In this document: piece by piece, positions 12,690 to 25,320 of the stretch | How the letters are laid out: every line of letters begins with the position of its first letter | Numbering within the stretch: position 1 is the stretch's first letter | Source: Isurus oxyrinchus | Taxonomy: Eukaryota | NCBI GenBank assembly: GCA_026770705.1 | Contig: JANJGN010000016.1 | Coordinates: forward strand, 85,808,001-85,872,000 | Direction of reading: 5' to 3' | Length of the DNA: 64,000 bases | Notes under the pieces: model-generated | Databases searched by the model: none | What the model saw: the letters and a program-made list of their open reading frames with translations, nothing else | Told to the model about the DNA's origin: nothing | Made by a program: the position numbers and the translations under genes

Positions 12690-14948
12690 GGGAGGGCGGA
12701 GCTGGCAGTATTGGAGAGAGCAGGGAGCTGGCAGTATTAGGGGAAGCAGGGAGGTGGCAGTATTGGAGAGAGCAGGGAGGTTGGCAGTGTTGGAGGGATC
12801 AAGGAGCTGGCAGTATTGGAGGGAGCAGGCAGTATTGGAGAGAGCAAGCAGCTGGCAGTATTGGAAGGAGGAGAGAGCGGGCAGTAATGGAGGGAGCAGG
12901 GAACTGGCATTATTGGAGGTAGCAGGGAGCTGGCAGTGTTGGAGGGAGCAGGGAACTGGCATTATTGGAGGTAGCAGGGAGATGGCAGTGTTGGAGGGAG
13001 CTGGGGGGTGGCGATACTGGAGGGAGCAGGGAGGTGGTAGTTTGGAGGGAGCAGGTAGCTGGCAGTATTGGCGGAAGCTGGGAGCTGGCAGTATTCGAGA
13101 GAGCAGGGAGATGGCAGTATTGGAGGGTACTGAATGCTGACAGTATTGGAAAGAGCGGGGAGCATGCATTATTGGAGGCCACAGGGAGCTGGTAGTGTTT
13201 GAGGGAACAGGGAGCTGGCATTATTGGAGAGAGCAGGGACCTGGCAGTATTGGAAAGAGCAGGGAGATGGCAGTATTGGAAGGAGCGGGGTGCTGGTATT
13301 CTTGGAGAGAGTAGCGATCTGGCAGTATTGGAGTGCGAAGGGAGCTAGAATTGTCAGAGAGAGTAGCGATGTGGCAGTATTAGAGGGAGCGGGCAGTTGG
13401 CAGTATTGAAGGTGCAGGGAGCTGGCATTATTGGAGAGTGCTGGGAGCTGACTGCATTGGAGGGAACAGATAGACAGGTGTATTGATGGGTGCATGGATC
13501 TGGCAGTGTATGAGGGAGCAGGGAGCTGGCAATATTAGAGAGAGCAGGGAGCTGGCATTATTGGTGAGAGCAGGGAGCTGGCAGTATTAGAGAGAGCATG
13601 GAGCTGGCAGTATTGGTGACAGCAGGGAGATGGTAGTATTGGAGAGAACTGTGTCCTGGCATTATTGGAGATAGCAGGGGGCTGACAGCATTGGAGGGAG
13701 CAGGAACTTGCTTTATTGTTGTATCTAAGGAACTGGCAGTATTGGAGGGACTATATAGTTGGCGGAATTGGAGGTAGCAGCGAGCTGGCAGTATTGGAGG
13801 TAGCAGGGAGCTGGCAGTATTGGAGGGAGCAGTGAGCTAGCAATATTGGAGGGAGCAGGGAGCTGGCAGTATTGGAGGGAGCAGGGAGCTGGCAGTATTG
13901 GAGGGAGGAGGGAGCTGGCATTATTGGAGGGAACAGGGAGCTGGCAGGATTATATTGAGATAGGAGCTGGCAGTATTGGAGAGAGCTGGGAGGTGGCCCT
14001 TTTGGAGGTAGTGGGGAACTGGCATTATTGGAGGGTCAGGGAGCTGGCAGTATTGGAGAGAGTAGGAAGCTGGCATTATTGGAGGGAGCAGTGAGCTAGC
14101 AATATTGGAGGGAGCAGGGAGCTGGCATTATTGGAGGGAACAGGGAGCTGGCAGGATTATATTGAGATAGGAGCTGGCAGTATTGGAGAGAGCTGGGAGG
14201 TGGCCCTATTGGAGGTAGTGGGGAACTGGCATTATTGGAGGGGCACGGAACTGGCATTATTGGAGGGTCAGGGAGCTGTCAGTATTGGAGAGAGTAGGAA
14301 GCTGGTATTATTGGAGGGGCACGGAACTGGCATTATTGGAGGGTCAGGGAGCTGGCAGTATTGGAGGGAGTAGGAAACTGGCATTATTGGAGGAGCACGG
14401 AACTGGCATTATTGGAGGGGCAGCGAGCTGGCAGTATTGGAGTAAGCAGGGAAGTGTCAGTATTGGAATGGCTAGAGAGTCGGCAGTATTAGAGGGAGCA
14501 GTAAGGAGGCAGTTGTGGAGGGAGCAGGGAGCTGACGGTATTGGGGAGAGCAGGGAGCTGTCATTATTGGAGACTGCATTGGGTTGGTAGTGCTGGAGGG
14601 AACAGGGAGTTGGCATTATTGGAGGGTAAAGGGAGCTGGTAGTTTTGGAAAAGGGAGTTGGCATTATTGGAGGGTGAAAGGAGCTGGTAGTTTTGGAGGG
14701 AACAGGGAGTTGGCATTATTGGAGGGTGCAGGGAGCTGGTAGTTTTGGAGGGAACAGGGAGTTGGCATTATTGGAGGGTGCAGGGAGCTGGTAGTTTTGG
14801 AGGGAACAGGGAGTTGGCATTATTGGAGGGTGCAGGGAGCTGGTAGTTTTGGAGGGAACAGGGAGTTGGCATTATTGGAGGGTGCAGGGAGCTGGTAGAG
14901 TTGGATAGAGTAGCGATGTGGCAGTGTTGGAGGGAGCAGGGAGCAGTA
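12690..14948 (+). repeat. 26-bp G-rich minisatellite GGCAGTATTGGAGGGAGCAGGGAGCT, with a 52-bp dimer at ~14590-14890
   Basis: Direct reading. It explains the many WQYWRE / LQYCQL ORFs. Confidence 0.95.
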
Positions 14949-15231
14949 TTTTTGTGTTCAGCACCTAACAATATTGTGAGATGATGCCCCTCTGAATTAA
15001 AGCTGCCGAGTTTCACTCTTGAACCACTCGTTCTGAATTTCCTTTGTTTCCCTCCCATAACATTGGGCTCCAGGAGGGGCTCAGTATTTACATGAGCTCT
15101 CCAGGGAGTGAGTTGTTCTTAAATATTGTACAATTAAAAACAGACGGGATTGACTAAACAATAAGTAATTTGTTTTGCATTTTTTTCCATCCAAATAAAC
15201 AGTAATAAAAGCTGTGAATTTACACTCATGC

Positions 15232-16318
15232 TTTGGTGATGATAAATTTGGTGACTGTTGGACTGCAGCTATAAGAATAATCCCATGCTATAAGATCACC
15301 TGATCTCTCTAAACCAGTGTGCTAGCAGCATGGGAACCTGTACAGAGAGAGTACTTCTGTCGTCGTGCTGTTGGATGCTCACAGGTATTTGCTGCTGCTC
15401 TGTCCCGTAAGCAAAGTCAAATGTTTCCACGAAGGAAAGTTGCCTGAAGATCAACTCTATAACAAACTGGCGATGAGGATAAATCAGAATTGGTTCTGTA
15501 CCTCACCCAGCGATTGTGAATCTCTATGTTTGTTTGAAATAACAGCAGGTATATGCATTCAAAATGCCAGTTTTTCAGAATCGATCCCTTTGAGCCAGCC
15601 ACTGATGATTGGTCACAATATTTATAATGTCTTGAGTTCTTCTTTCAAGCAAACAAAATCACAGAGGAAGAGAAGAGGAGAGCGATCCTCCTGAGTACTT
15701 GTCGGAGAAAAAACCTGCAATTTACCACTGTAATAGGAGAAATAAAACAATAGGACATTGTTCCACTGATAGTCATTACCGAACCACTGGTTCCTGTTGA
15801 ATTTGTTCAACCTAGGGCAGACATGGCCAATGTCTCTGTCGGAGTGGGAGACACTGAACTGCATGTGTCTAATGAGGTACCTGATATTAATGCGGTTCCA
15901 GAGGACGTGGTTCCTGCAAAAGAATTTGAAGGCGTGGAGCTGTGATGTTCCACACGGATCAGGAAACCACCTGAAAGGCTGAACTTGTAATTTCATGACC
16001 TGTGTAAATATTGTAATGTCATGAGATAAATGTCCTTGTAAATACAAAATGTACAGAAAAGTTAATGGGGGAGGAATGTCGTGGTTATAGTTTTGGGAAA
16101 TGTTGGACTGTAGCTTTAAGAATAACCGTGTACTGTAAGATCACATGAAGTGTGTAAACCAATGTGTGAGCAGTGCAGGCAACCTCCACACAGAGAGAGA
16201 GAGAGAGTACTTCTGTAGTAATGGAGCTTGATGCAGATGTGTAGTTGCTGCTGTCCTCTTGTAAATAAAGTCAAATGTTTCCACCAAGAAAAGTTGCCTG
16301 ATGATCAACTCTATAACA
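15232..16318 (+). mobile_element. Internally deleted Ty3/Gypsy element: LTR-PBS-gag start//pol end-PPT-LTR
   Basis: LTR ~15232-15464 and LTR 16077-16318 align and both end TCAACTCTATAACA. PBS TGGCGATGAGGAT 15468-15480; PPT GGGGGAGGAA 16067-16076. Gag-like IDPFEPATDDWSQYL*CLEFFFQANKITEEEKRRAILLS; pol tail STRIRKPPERLNL*. Flanks CATGC/CATAC. Confidence 0.9.
15468..15480 (+). other. Primer-binding site, probably for tRNA-Ser(GCU)
   Basis: TGGCGATGAGGAT begins 3 nt after the LTR end. It matches the complement of the tRNA-Ser(GCU) 3' end (TGGCGACGAGGAT) except for one CpG>TpG change. Confidence 0.7.
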
Positions 16319-16329
16319 CATACTATCTC

Positions 16330-16960
16330 TTGTTTATCAGTGACAGTGAGTTCCACGTTCTAACCACTCTCTAAGTGACAATATTTCTCCTGAATTCCCA
16401 ATTAGATTTTTAGTGTTTATCTTTTATTCACACCTGGTAGTTTAGGTCCCACCCACAATTGGAAGCATCTTCTGTACATCACCCTATCAAATCCCTTCAT
16501 CACCTTAAAGACATCAGTCAGCTCCCCTCCCAGTCATTTCATTCCCAGAGAAGAGGACCCCAGACTGATGACTCTATCCTCATTGTGTCACTCACTTTTC
16601 TACCTTCTCCAGTGTCTCTGTATCTTTTTCTTAATATGGAGACCAGAAACAGTGCGTCAAGTGTGGTCTAACCAAGATTCTATACCAGTTTCACATAAAC
16701 CCTCTGTGTTTCAATTCTATCCCTTTAGAAATAGACCCGAGTGCTTGATATGATTCTTTTGTGACTTGACTAACCTGTCTCACAGCTCTTAGGGATTTAT
16801 GTGTCTGTACTCTCAGATCCCTCTGTTTCTCAAACACATTTAGAGACTTATTTTCAAGGAGTTGGTCTCCTCCCTAATCTTCCGAGCCAAACGTAAAGCT
16901 TCTGTCTTCTCAATGTTGAAATTTATTCCCCAATTCAGTGCCCATTCTGCAAGTTTATTA
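16330..16960 (-). mobile_element. CR1-type LINE ORF2 3' fragment
   Basis: Complement of a typical CR1 3' region (GAGTTCCACGTTCTAACCACTCTC; GAGACCAGAAACAGTGCG...GTGTGGTCTAACCAAG). Confidence 0.7.
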
Positions 16961-17029
16961 ATGTCTTCCTGTGTTTGTCTCCCAGACTCCCTCACTTTAC
17001 TGTACCTCATTTCCCATCCCAGGATACAA

Positions 17030-18072
17030 ATTGCCTAAATTATGAGGAATTTTAACAAAGTAAATTGGGAGAAACTGTTTCCAGTGACTGGAGAGGTCAC
17101 AGATTGAATGTCAATAACATTGTCCTGATCTGGAACTCACTGTCTGGAAGGGCGTTGGAAGCTGATTCAAGAATAACTCGCAAAAGGCAATTGGAGAAAA
17201 ATTCAAAGGGAGAAATTACAGGCCAATGGGGAAAGAGCAGGGCAGTGGATCTAATTGGATCACTCTTTCAAAGAGCTAGAACAGACATGAGGGGCTGAAT
17301 GGCCTCCTTCAGTGCTGTGTGATTCTCTGATTGTGTGGGAAAAGCTGATGAACGGTAGGACCCTGGTAGCACCGAGGATCAGAGGGACCTTGGTGTGCAT
17401 GTCCACTTAAGGTAGCGGGACAGGTAGATAAGGTGGGTAAGAAGACATGTGGGATACTTGCCTTTATTAGCCGAGGCATAGAATATAAGTGCAGGGAGGT
17501 TATGCTGGAACTGTATAAAACATTGGTTAGGCCACAGCTAGAGTATTGCGTGCAGTTCTGGAACCTGCATTATAGGAAGGATGTGATCGCACTAGAGAGA
17601 GTGCAGAGGAGATTTACCAGGATGTTTCCTGGGCTGGAGAGTTTTAGTTATGAGGAGAGATTGGATTGACTGGGGTTATTTTCCCTGGTGCAGAGGAGAT
17701 TGAGTGGGGACATGATTGAGGTGTATAACATTATGAGGGGCATAGATGGCTAGACAGGAAGGAACTTTACCCTTGGTGGAGGGATCAATAACAAGGGGCC
17801 ATAAATTTCAGGTAAGGGGCAGGAGGTTTAGAGGGGATGTGAGGAAGAATTTTTTCACCCAGAAGGTGGTGGGAATGTGGAACTCACTGCCTGTTAGAGG
17901 CAGAAACCCTCATAACATTTAAGAAGTATTTGAATGTACACTTGCGATGCCATGACAGACAAGGCTATGGGCCGAATGCTGGAAAATGGGATTAGAATAG
18001 TTAGCAACTTGTTTGACTGGCGCAGACTCGATGGGCCAAAGGGCCTTTTTCTGTGCTGTAAACCTCTATGAT
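17030..18072 (+). mobile_element. Two tandem CR1 LINE 3' ends
   Basis: LAFISRGIEYK...LYKTLVRPQLEYCVQFW...LERVQRRFTRM, plus CR1 3' UTR hairpin motifs (GGGCTGAATGGCCT; GGGCCAAAGGGCC). Confidence 0.9.
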
Positions 18073-18084
18073 TCTAAACATTGC

Positions 18085-18752
18085 AAGAGGCTGCCCCTCA
18101 GATCAGGCCCCGACCCCAGGACCCGCCCCCACACCACCCCAGGTTCCGCCCCCCTGTCCACAGGCCCCGCCCCCTCTGGCCACTCCCCTCGGGCCCCCAG
18201 GCCTTGCCCCCCCCCAAGACCCACCCCAAACTCCGATCCTTCCCCCCCAAGGCCCTGCGCTGTGCATCCAAGCACTGCCCTTCCTGCCCCAGGCCCTGAA
18301 CCCTCTGGCCCCTCCCCTTTGCCCCGGCCTACGCTCCCAGGCCCCACCCCCTCTGGCCCCTCCCCTCTGCATCCCAGCCCTGCCCCTCTGGTTCCTTCCC
18401 CTCTGGCCACTCCCCTCTGGCCCCAGCCCCACCCCCTCTAGCACAAGCCCCGCCCCACGGCCCCACCCCCTCCAGCTACACAAACTCGCAATCACGCCTT
18501 GGGGGGTGGACGATCCAGCCCGGGGGGGGGTGGGGGGGGTGCAGGGGGGTGGGCGGGTGGGATGATTCCGGTGGGCTGGCCTTATTCTGATAGCAGATGT
18601 GTTACAATGAGGCTCCCAACGTCCGATGGTGGGAGACGCAGCCCGCCACTGACCAGCTGAGCGGACGACCGCAAATTGGTTTCAAGGTGTGGTGAAGCCT
18701 ATTTCTGGCCTTCTCGCCATATTGTTCACTCACGGCACAGAAAATTCCACCC
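18085..18752. mobile_element. C-rich low-complexity tract followed by a probable Harbinger-type non-autonomous element end
   Basis: GCCCC-rich degenerate repeats and a CpG-rich body ending AAAATTCCACCC (TIR-like GGGTGGAATTTT). No partner TIR found. Confidence 0.4.
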
Positions 18753-19744
18753 ACAGTCAGGGCTACTGACAATAAAAAGCTGGTTGGGAAAGTAAGCTGT
18801 GAGGAGGATACAAAGAGACTGCAAAGGGATATAAACAGGTTCGGATATTCGAGAGAGAGAGAGAGAGAGAGAGGAGAGTATGGGAGACACCCTCAGGGTT
18901 TAAACTGAAACGTGACAGAGCAGCTGCTGAGAGAGGCGACTGGAACAGGAGAAAAAAATCACAAAGAGACGATCACCGCACAAGGAGAAGCGGCAGGGGT
19001 AAGTTTACCCAGAAACAGTTCAGTGAATCCTCCTATCAGCTAAACCCGACCAAGTAATGACTTTAAAATCTATAAAACAAGATTATACGTTCAGTGAATA
19101 CGATGACCACAAATTTTGCCTCCATAACCCCGGGAATTTCGACACGACAGGAACCCGATGGAAACAAAATGGCGGCTGCAGGTTTCTTCCCACTTCCAGT
19201 CTGGGCCACAGTGGACACCATCGTGGTGAAGGGGCATTAACACGCGTGTTACAGGCGTGTTCCGGAAGGATACAGAGTCAGCAGATGGTGAGCTCAGTCA
19301 GATTGTAAAGCAGATTTGGTACAGGTTCAGCAGTGTGAGGGATCCAGAGACCAGTGAGATTTAAAGGGACCAACAACAACCTGCAGCTGAGTTCCTGCTG
19401 ACTTTCTCCTGGTTCTGATTGAGTTTGTGGAAGGACTGGGTGTTTGGAGGAGTTGCTTCAAGTTGGTGAAGATACAGGAAGAGATGCTGCATGTGGGGAA
19501 GACATTGTTTTTAGCTGCAAGTTCTCAGGGTACACCACATGTTCCCAGTCCATTGTACCGAGGAGGGTGAGACGGGAGCTCAGCAGGAGGCCGAATCCAC
19601 ACAGAATCTTCCAGTAGCAATATTCACCAACATCTAAGGCAGGAGCAGTGCATTTAGGGGCTGTGATTCACGAATGAGGTGCTCACAAAACTCTGGTCCT
19701 TCGAGGAACCGGAACTGGAGCTTCAGATCAGTGTGAGGACGGCG

Positions 19745-21506
19745 GTGGTGTACCTGAGTACACAGACTGGATTGTGAAGTGTGATGTACCTGAGTACACA
19801 GACTGGATTGTGAAATGTGATGTACCTGAGTACACAGACTGGATTGTGAACTGTGGTGTACCTGAGTACACAGACTGGACTGTGAAGTGTGATGTACCTG
19901 AGTACACAGACTGGAGTGTGAAGTGTGATGTACCTGAGTACACAGACTGGATTGTGAAGTGTGGTGTACCTGACTACACTGACTGGATTGTGAAGTGTGG
20001 TGTACCTGAGTACACAGACTGGATTGTGAAGTGTGATGTACCTGAGTACACAGACTGGATTGTGAAGTGTGGTGTACATGAGTACACAGACTGGATTGTG
20101 AAGTGTGATGTACCTGAGTACACAGACTGGATTGTGAAGTGTGATGTACCTGAGTACACAGACTGGATTGTGAAGTGTGGTGTACCTGAGTACACAGACT
20201 GAATTGTGAAATGTGATGTACCTGAGTATACAGACTGGATTGTGAAGTGTGATGTAACTGAGTAGACAGAATTGATTGTGAACTGTGATGTACCTGAGTA
20301 CACAGACTGGATTTTGAAATGTGATGTACCTGAGTACACAGACTGGATTGTGAAATGTGATGTACCTGAGTACACAGACTGGATTGTGAATTGTGATGTA
20401 GCTGAATACACAGACTGGATTGTGAAGTGTGATGTACCTGAGTACACACACTGGATTGTGAAGTGTGGTGTACCTGAGTACACAGACTGGATTGTGAAGT
20501 GTGATGTACCTGAGTACACAGACTGGATTGTGAAGTGTGATGTACCTGAGTACACAGACTGGATTGTGAAGTGTGATGTACCTGAATACACAGACTGGAT
20601 TGTGAAGCGTGATGTACCTGAGTACACACACTGGATTGTGAAGTGTGATGTACCTGAGTACACAGACTGGATTGCAAAGTGTGATGTACCTGAGTACACA
20701 GACTGAATTGTGAAGTGTGATGTATCTGAATACACCGACTGGACTGTGAACTGTGACGTATTTGAGTACACAGACTGGATTGTGAAGTGTGATGTACCTG
20801 AGTGAGCAAACTGCATTGTGAAGTGTGACGTGCCTGAGTACGCAGTCTGGATTGTGAAGTGTGATGTAGCTGAGTACACAGACTGGATTGTGAAGTGTGA
20901 TCAACCTGAGTAAATAGACTGGAGTGTGAAGTATGATGTACCTGTGTACACAGACTGGATTGTGAAATATGTTGCACATGGGTACACAGACTGGATTGTG
21001 AAGTGTGATGTACCTGAGTACACAGACTGGATTGTGAAATATGATGTACCTGAGTACACAGACTGGATTGTGAAGTGTGATGTACTGAATAGACAGACTG
21101 GATTGTGAAGTGTGATGTACCTGTGTACACAGACTGGAATGTGATGTGTGATGTACCTGAGTACACAGATTGGATTGTGAAGTGTGATGTACCTGAGTAC
21201 ACAGACAGGATTGTGAATTGTGACGTACCTGTGTACACAGACTGGATTGTGAAGTGTGATGTACCTGAGTACACAGACTGGATTGTGAAGTGTGATTTAC
21301 CTGAGTACACAGACTGGATTGTGAAGTGTGATGTACCTGAGTACACAGACTGGATTGTGAAGTGTGATGTACCTGAGTACACAGACTGGATTGTGAAGTG
21401 TGATTTACCTGAGTACACAGACTGGATTGTGAAGTGTGATGTACCTGAGTACACAGACTGGATTGTGAAGTGTGATGTACCTGAGTACATAGACTGGATT
21501 GTGAAG
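19745..21506 (+). repeat. 36-bp minisatellite GTGTGATGTACCTGAGTACACAGACTGGATTGTGAA (~49 copies)
   Basis: Direct reading; 12-aa periodic ORFs in several frames. Confidence 0.98.
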
Positions 21507-22169
21507 TAAATCTTCACCAATAAGTAACCTATAAAAATATAAAAATGACATTTTGCTGAACATCATATTCCACAACTTTTATTGTTGCATTTTTTAGATC
21601 TTTATACATTGGCACAATTATCTGATCTGCATATATTACTGTATATAGACAATATATATTTGTAATATATTATTGTAATAAATAATGTAACATGAAATGA
21701 TATATATTATTTATTACTCAGGCTTCTCTATATATTACTCAGCAGGATATATCATCACTAACATTTTAACTATGTAGTGACTCAGCTCTGATAACCATAT
21801 TAATAAAGTTTTAGTTGTATCTTTCATTCTCTCTGTGTTTACTGACACAATTCTCTGGTTTGTGGGTTACCCTATGTACAAACCATCTGTGATGTCCTTG
21901 GAGTAATGGCTCAAACTGACTTCATCAAACTGACATTCCAAATAGGCCGACATTGTTCATAATGGGATTAACTGTAATTGTGTCAGATCTGAGCATCAGC
22001 AGCTAAACTAGAGAGAGGGATGGAGGATAGATAGAGAGAAGGATGGAGGTTAATTAGAGGGAGGGGAGGACGTCAAATAGAGAAGGGATTGAGGTCAGAG
22101 AGAGAGAGGGATAGAGGTCAGATAGAGATAGGGATGGAGGTCAGTTAGAGAGACGGATGGAGATCAGAG

Positions 22170-22828
22170 ATCTGTGTATCTGAGAGGAAGCTCAGACACT
22201 CATAAGGAGGGTTTGAGATCAGGGAGGTGTGTATCTGAGAGGAAGGTTGGACACTCAGAGGGAGGAATGGAGATCAGGGAGGTGTGTATCTGAGAGGAAG
22301 TTCGGACACTCAGAGGGAGGGATGGAGATCAGGGAGGTGTGTATCTGAGAGGAAGGTCGGACACTCAGAGGGAGGGATGGAGATCAGGGAGGTGTGTAAC
22401 TGAGAGGAAGGTCGGACACTCAGAGGGAGGGATGGAGATCAGGGAGGTGTGTAACTGAGAGGAAGATCGGACACTCAGAGGGAGGGATGGAGATCAGGGA
22501 GGTGTGTATCTGAGAGGAAGGTCGGACACTCAGAGGGAGGGATGGAGATCAGGGAGGTGTGTAACTGAGAGGAAGGTCGGACACTCAGAGGGAGGGATGG
22601 AGATCAGGGAGGTGTGTATCTGAGAGGAAGGTCGGACACTCAGAGGGAGGGATGGAGATCAGGGAGGTGTGTAACTGAGAGGAAGGTCGGACACTCACAT
22701 GGAGGGATGGAGATCAGGGAGGTGTGTATCTGAGAGGAAGGTCGGACACTCAGAGGGAAGGATGGAGATCAGGGAGGTGTGTATCTGAGGGGAAGCTCGG
22801 ACACTCAGAGGGAGGGATGGAGATCAGG
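22170..22828 (+). repeat. 55-bp minisatellite GGAGATCAGGGAGGTGTGTATCTGAGAGGAAGGTCGGACACTCAGAGGGAGGGAT (~12 copies)
   Basis: GGAGATC at 22324 and 22379. Unrelated in sequence to the 1-11110 satellite. Confidence 0.95.
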
Positions 22829-23274
22829 TGGAACGAGGTTACTGTCCATTCTCACCACCTGTGCTGCAGTTTGGTGCAGACTAACCTGTTGCTCTGTGGA
22901 TCCCTGGTTAATGCAGTCCCCTTGCTCCCTGCCTTGCAGCCTCTCTCAATCCACACCACCACTTCTTCCCTGTAGGGAATGGGATTGAGCCAGAAACCCA
23001 GAGGGGATGAGTTCAAATCCCAGGATGGGAGTTAGTGAAATGGAATTGGATAAATCTGATCATTTGTTTTCTGGCTGCAGAAATTGTCCATAAAACCTGC
23101 TGGATTGATAGAAAACACAAGGGACTCAGTGAGGGAAGATGCCAGTCTCACCCTGTCACTGTCTACCCTGTCAATCTGTACACAGTAATCCAGGTGTGGT
23201 CTCACCGAGGTCCGATAGAATTTTAATAAGACTTCTTCACTCAGGCAGGTACAGGAGCTGACACAGAGTCTCCC

Positions 23275-23760
23275 NNNNNNNNNNNNNNNNNNNNNNNNNN
23301 NNNNNNNNNNNNNNNNNNNNNNNNNNNNNNNNNNNNNNNNNNNNNNNNNNNNNNNNNNNNNNNNNNNNNNNNNNNNNNNNNNNNNNNNNNNNNNNNNNNN
23401 NNNNNNNNNNNNNNNNCTCTCACTCTCTCTCTCCCACTCTCTCTCTCACTCTCTCACTCTCTCTGTCACAAACACTCTATGACGCTGTCCCTCTATACCT
23501 NNNNNNNNNNNNNNNNNNNNNNNNNNNNNNNNNNNNNNNNNNNNNNNNNNNNNNNNNNNNNNNNNNNNNNNNNNNNNNNNNNNNNNNNNNNNNNNNNNNN
23601 NNNNNNNNNNNNNNNNNNNNNNNNNNNNNNNNCTATACCTAACTCTCCATCTCACCCTCTCTCTCTCTATCTCTCTGCCTCTCTCTCCATCTCCCTGTCT
23701 CTCTCTCACTCTCTCACTCTCTCCCCCTCTCTCTCTCTCACTCTCTCTCAATCTCTATCC
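23275..23760. repeat. (CT)n-rich tract with N runs at 23275-23416 and 23501-23632
   Basis: Direct reading. Confidence 0.9.
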
Positions 23761-24399
23761 TGCCTTGTCCCTCTGTAGATGTTCTCTGGGTGTGAGTGTT
23801 GAATATAAGGGGGTGTTTGTCAGTATATTTTCGATGCTCTATGGTTTCTGAGCATGGTGGGAGGGGATCAGGGCTCTGTTCTTTGACGTGACGCAGTGAT
23901 ATCTGTCCCAGTGTCTCAGACTGTGATGCTGTTGTTTTCTGTGACTGACGCTATGATATTGATTGTAATCTCACTCAGTGTGACACGAGGTTACATGTCT
24001 TGATCAGTGGTGAGGGAGGAGCAGACTGAACAAGGAGCTGCAATCATCAGTCACTGCCGAAATCCTTCACACAGCCCGCACACTCCGCAAACTTCTTCAC
24101 TAAATATTCTTTCAGCTCCTTAATGAGAGGCCTGGAGCTGAAAAGGGAAAAAGAGAAAGACATCTTTTCGAGAGGCTCATGGACACAATGTACACTGTAC
24201 ATTACCCACTAATGACACTCTGTCTACATTTAACTCATTGTTTAAGCTCCAGCCCACCTCCTGTTCCCATCCATATGTTTCAGTCAAGGAGCCTGATAAG
24301 CCTATAGCACAGGAGGAGGCCATTCAGCCCCTTGTGTCTGTGCTAGCTGTGCACTCGGATCATTCAGAACTAACCTCTCAGTTTAATGCCTGTAATGGG

Positions 24400-25320
24400 G
24401 AAGTGACTGGAACCTGTTATTAGAGACAGAATGAATGATAAATATGAACTGATCAGAGAGAGTCAGCATGGATTTAAAAAGGATCAGACATCTTTAACTA
24501 ACCTGGTTACATTTTTGAAGTGGTCACTAAGCTGGTAGATTAGAGAGAATCTATGGATTGTTATTGATATGGATTTCCAGGAGACATTAGGGAAGATTCC
24601 CCATGAGAGACTGAATAAAAATGGAAGCATCTGGAATTTGAGGAAACCTGTTGCCATGGATGAGGAACTGGTTAGGAGGCAGGAGACAGAGAGTGGGGAT
24701 AATGTGTATGTGCTCCAATGAGCAAGATGTGAATAGTGATGTCCCCAGGGATCTGTGCTGGAGCCTCAGCTTTCCACAATATTTATCAGTTGTGGGCACC
24801 GCACCTCAGGAAGGATATATTGACCATGGAGAGGGCACAGCTCAGATTCACCTAAATGATCCCGGGGTTAAAAGGGTTAAGTTGTCAGGACAGATTGTAT
24901 AAACTCAGCTTGGATTGTCTTGAACTGAGATCTAATTGAGGTGTTTAAGATGAATAAATTCTTAATCTGATTAGTGTAGACGGAGAGAAACCATGTCCTC
25001 TGGTGGGGGAGTCGAGAACGAGGGGGCAGAATCTTCAAATTCGAGCTCGGCCGTTCAGGGGTGATGTCAGGAAGCAATTCTTCACTGGAAGGGGAGTGGA
25101 AATCTGGAACTCTCTCCCCCTGAGAAAAAATGCTGTTAGGGCTGGGAGAGGGCGGTCACATGAAAATGTTAAACCTGAGCTTGTTAGGTTTTCCTTACAC
25201 AAGGGGATTGAGGGTTATGGGGCAAGCTGGAGAAATGGAGTTAAGATACAGATCAGCCATGATCTAATTGAATGGTGGGACAGGCTCGAGGGGCTGAATG
25301 GCCTCCTCCTGTTCCTATAT
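24400..25320 (+). mobile_element. Degenerate CR1 LINE RT and 3' fragments
   Basis: SQHGF...YMDF-like segment, GESRTRG..FRGDVRK.FFT...IWNSLP, and 3' UTR GGGCTGAATGGCCTCCTCCTGTTCCTAT. Confidence 0.8.

Noticed and set aside
15086-15107. ATTTACAT plus EBF-like TCTCCAGGGA as a second V promoter
   Set aside because: No leader or V follows, and such short motifs are expected by chance.
19634-21520. 628-aa, 418-aa and 301-aa ORFs with Cys/His periodicity
   Set aside because: They are open frames of a 36-bp tandem repeat on both strands, with no splice or promoter context.
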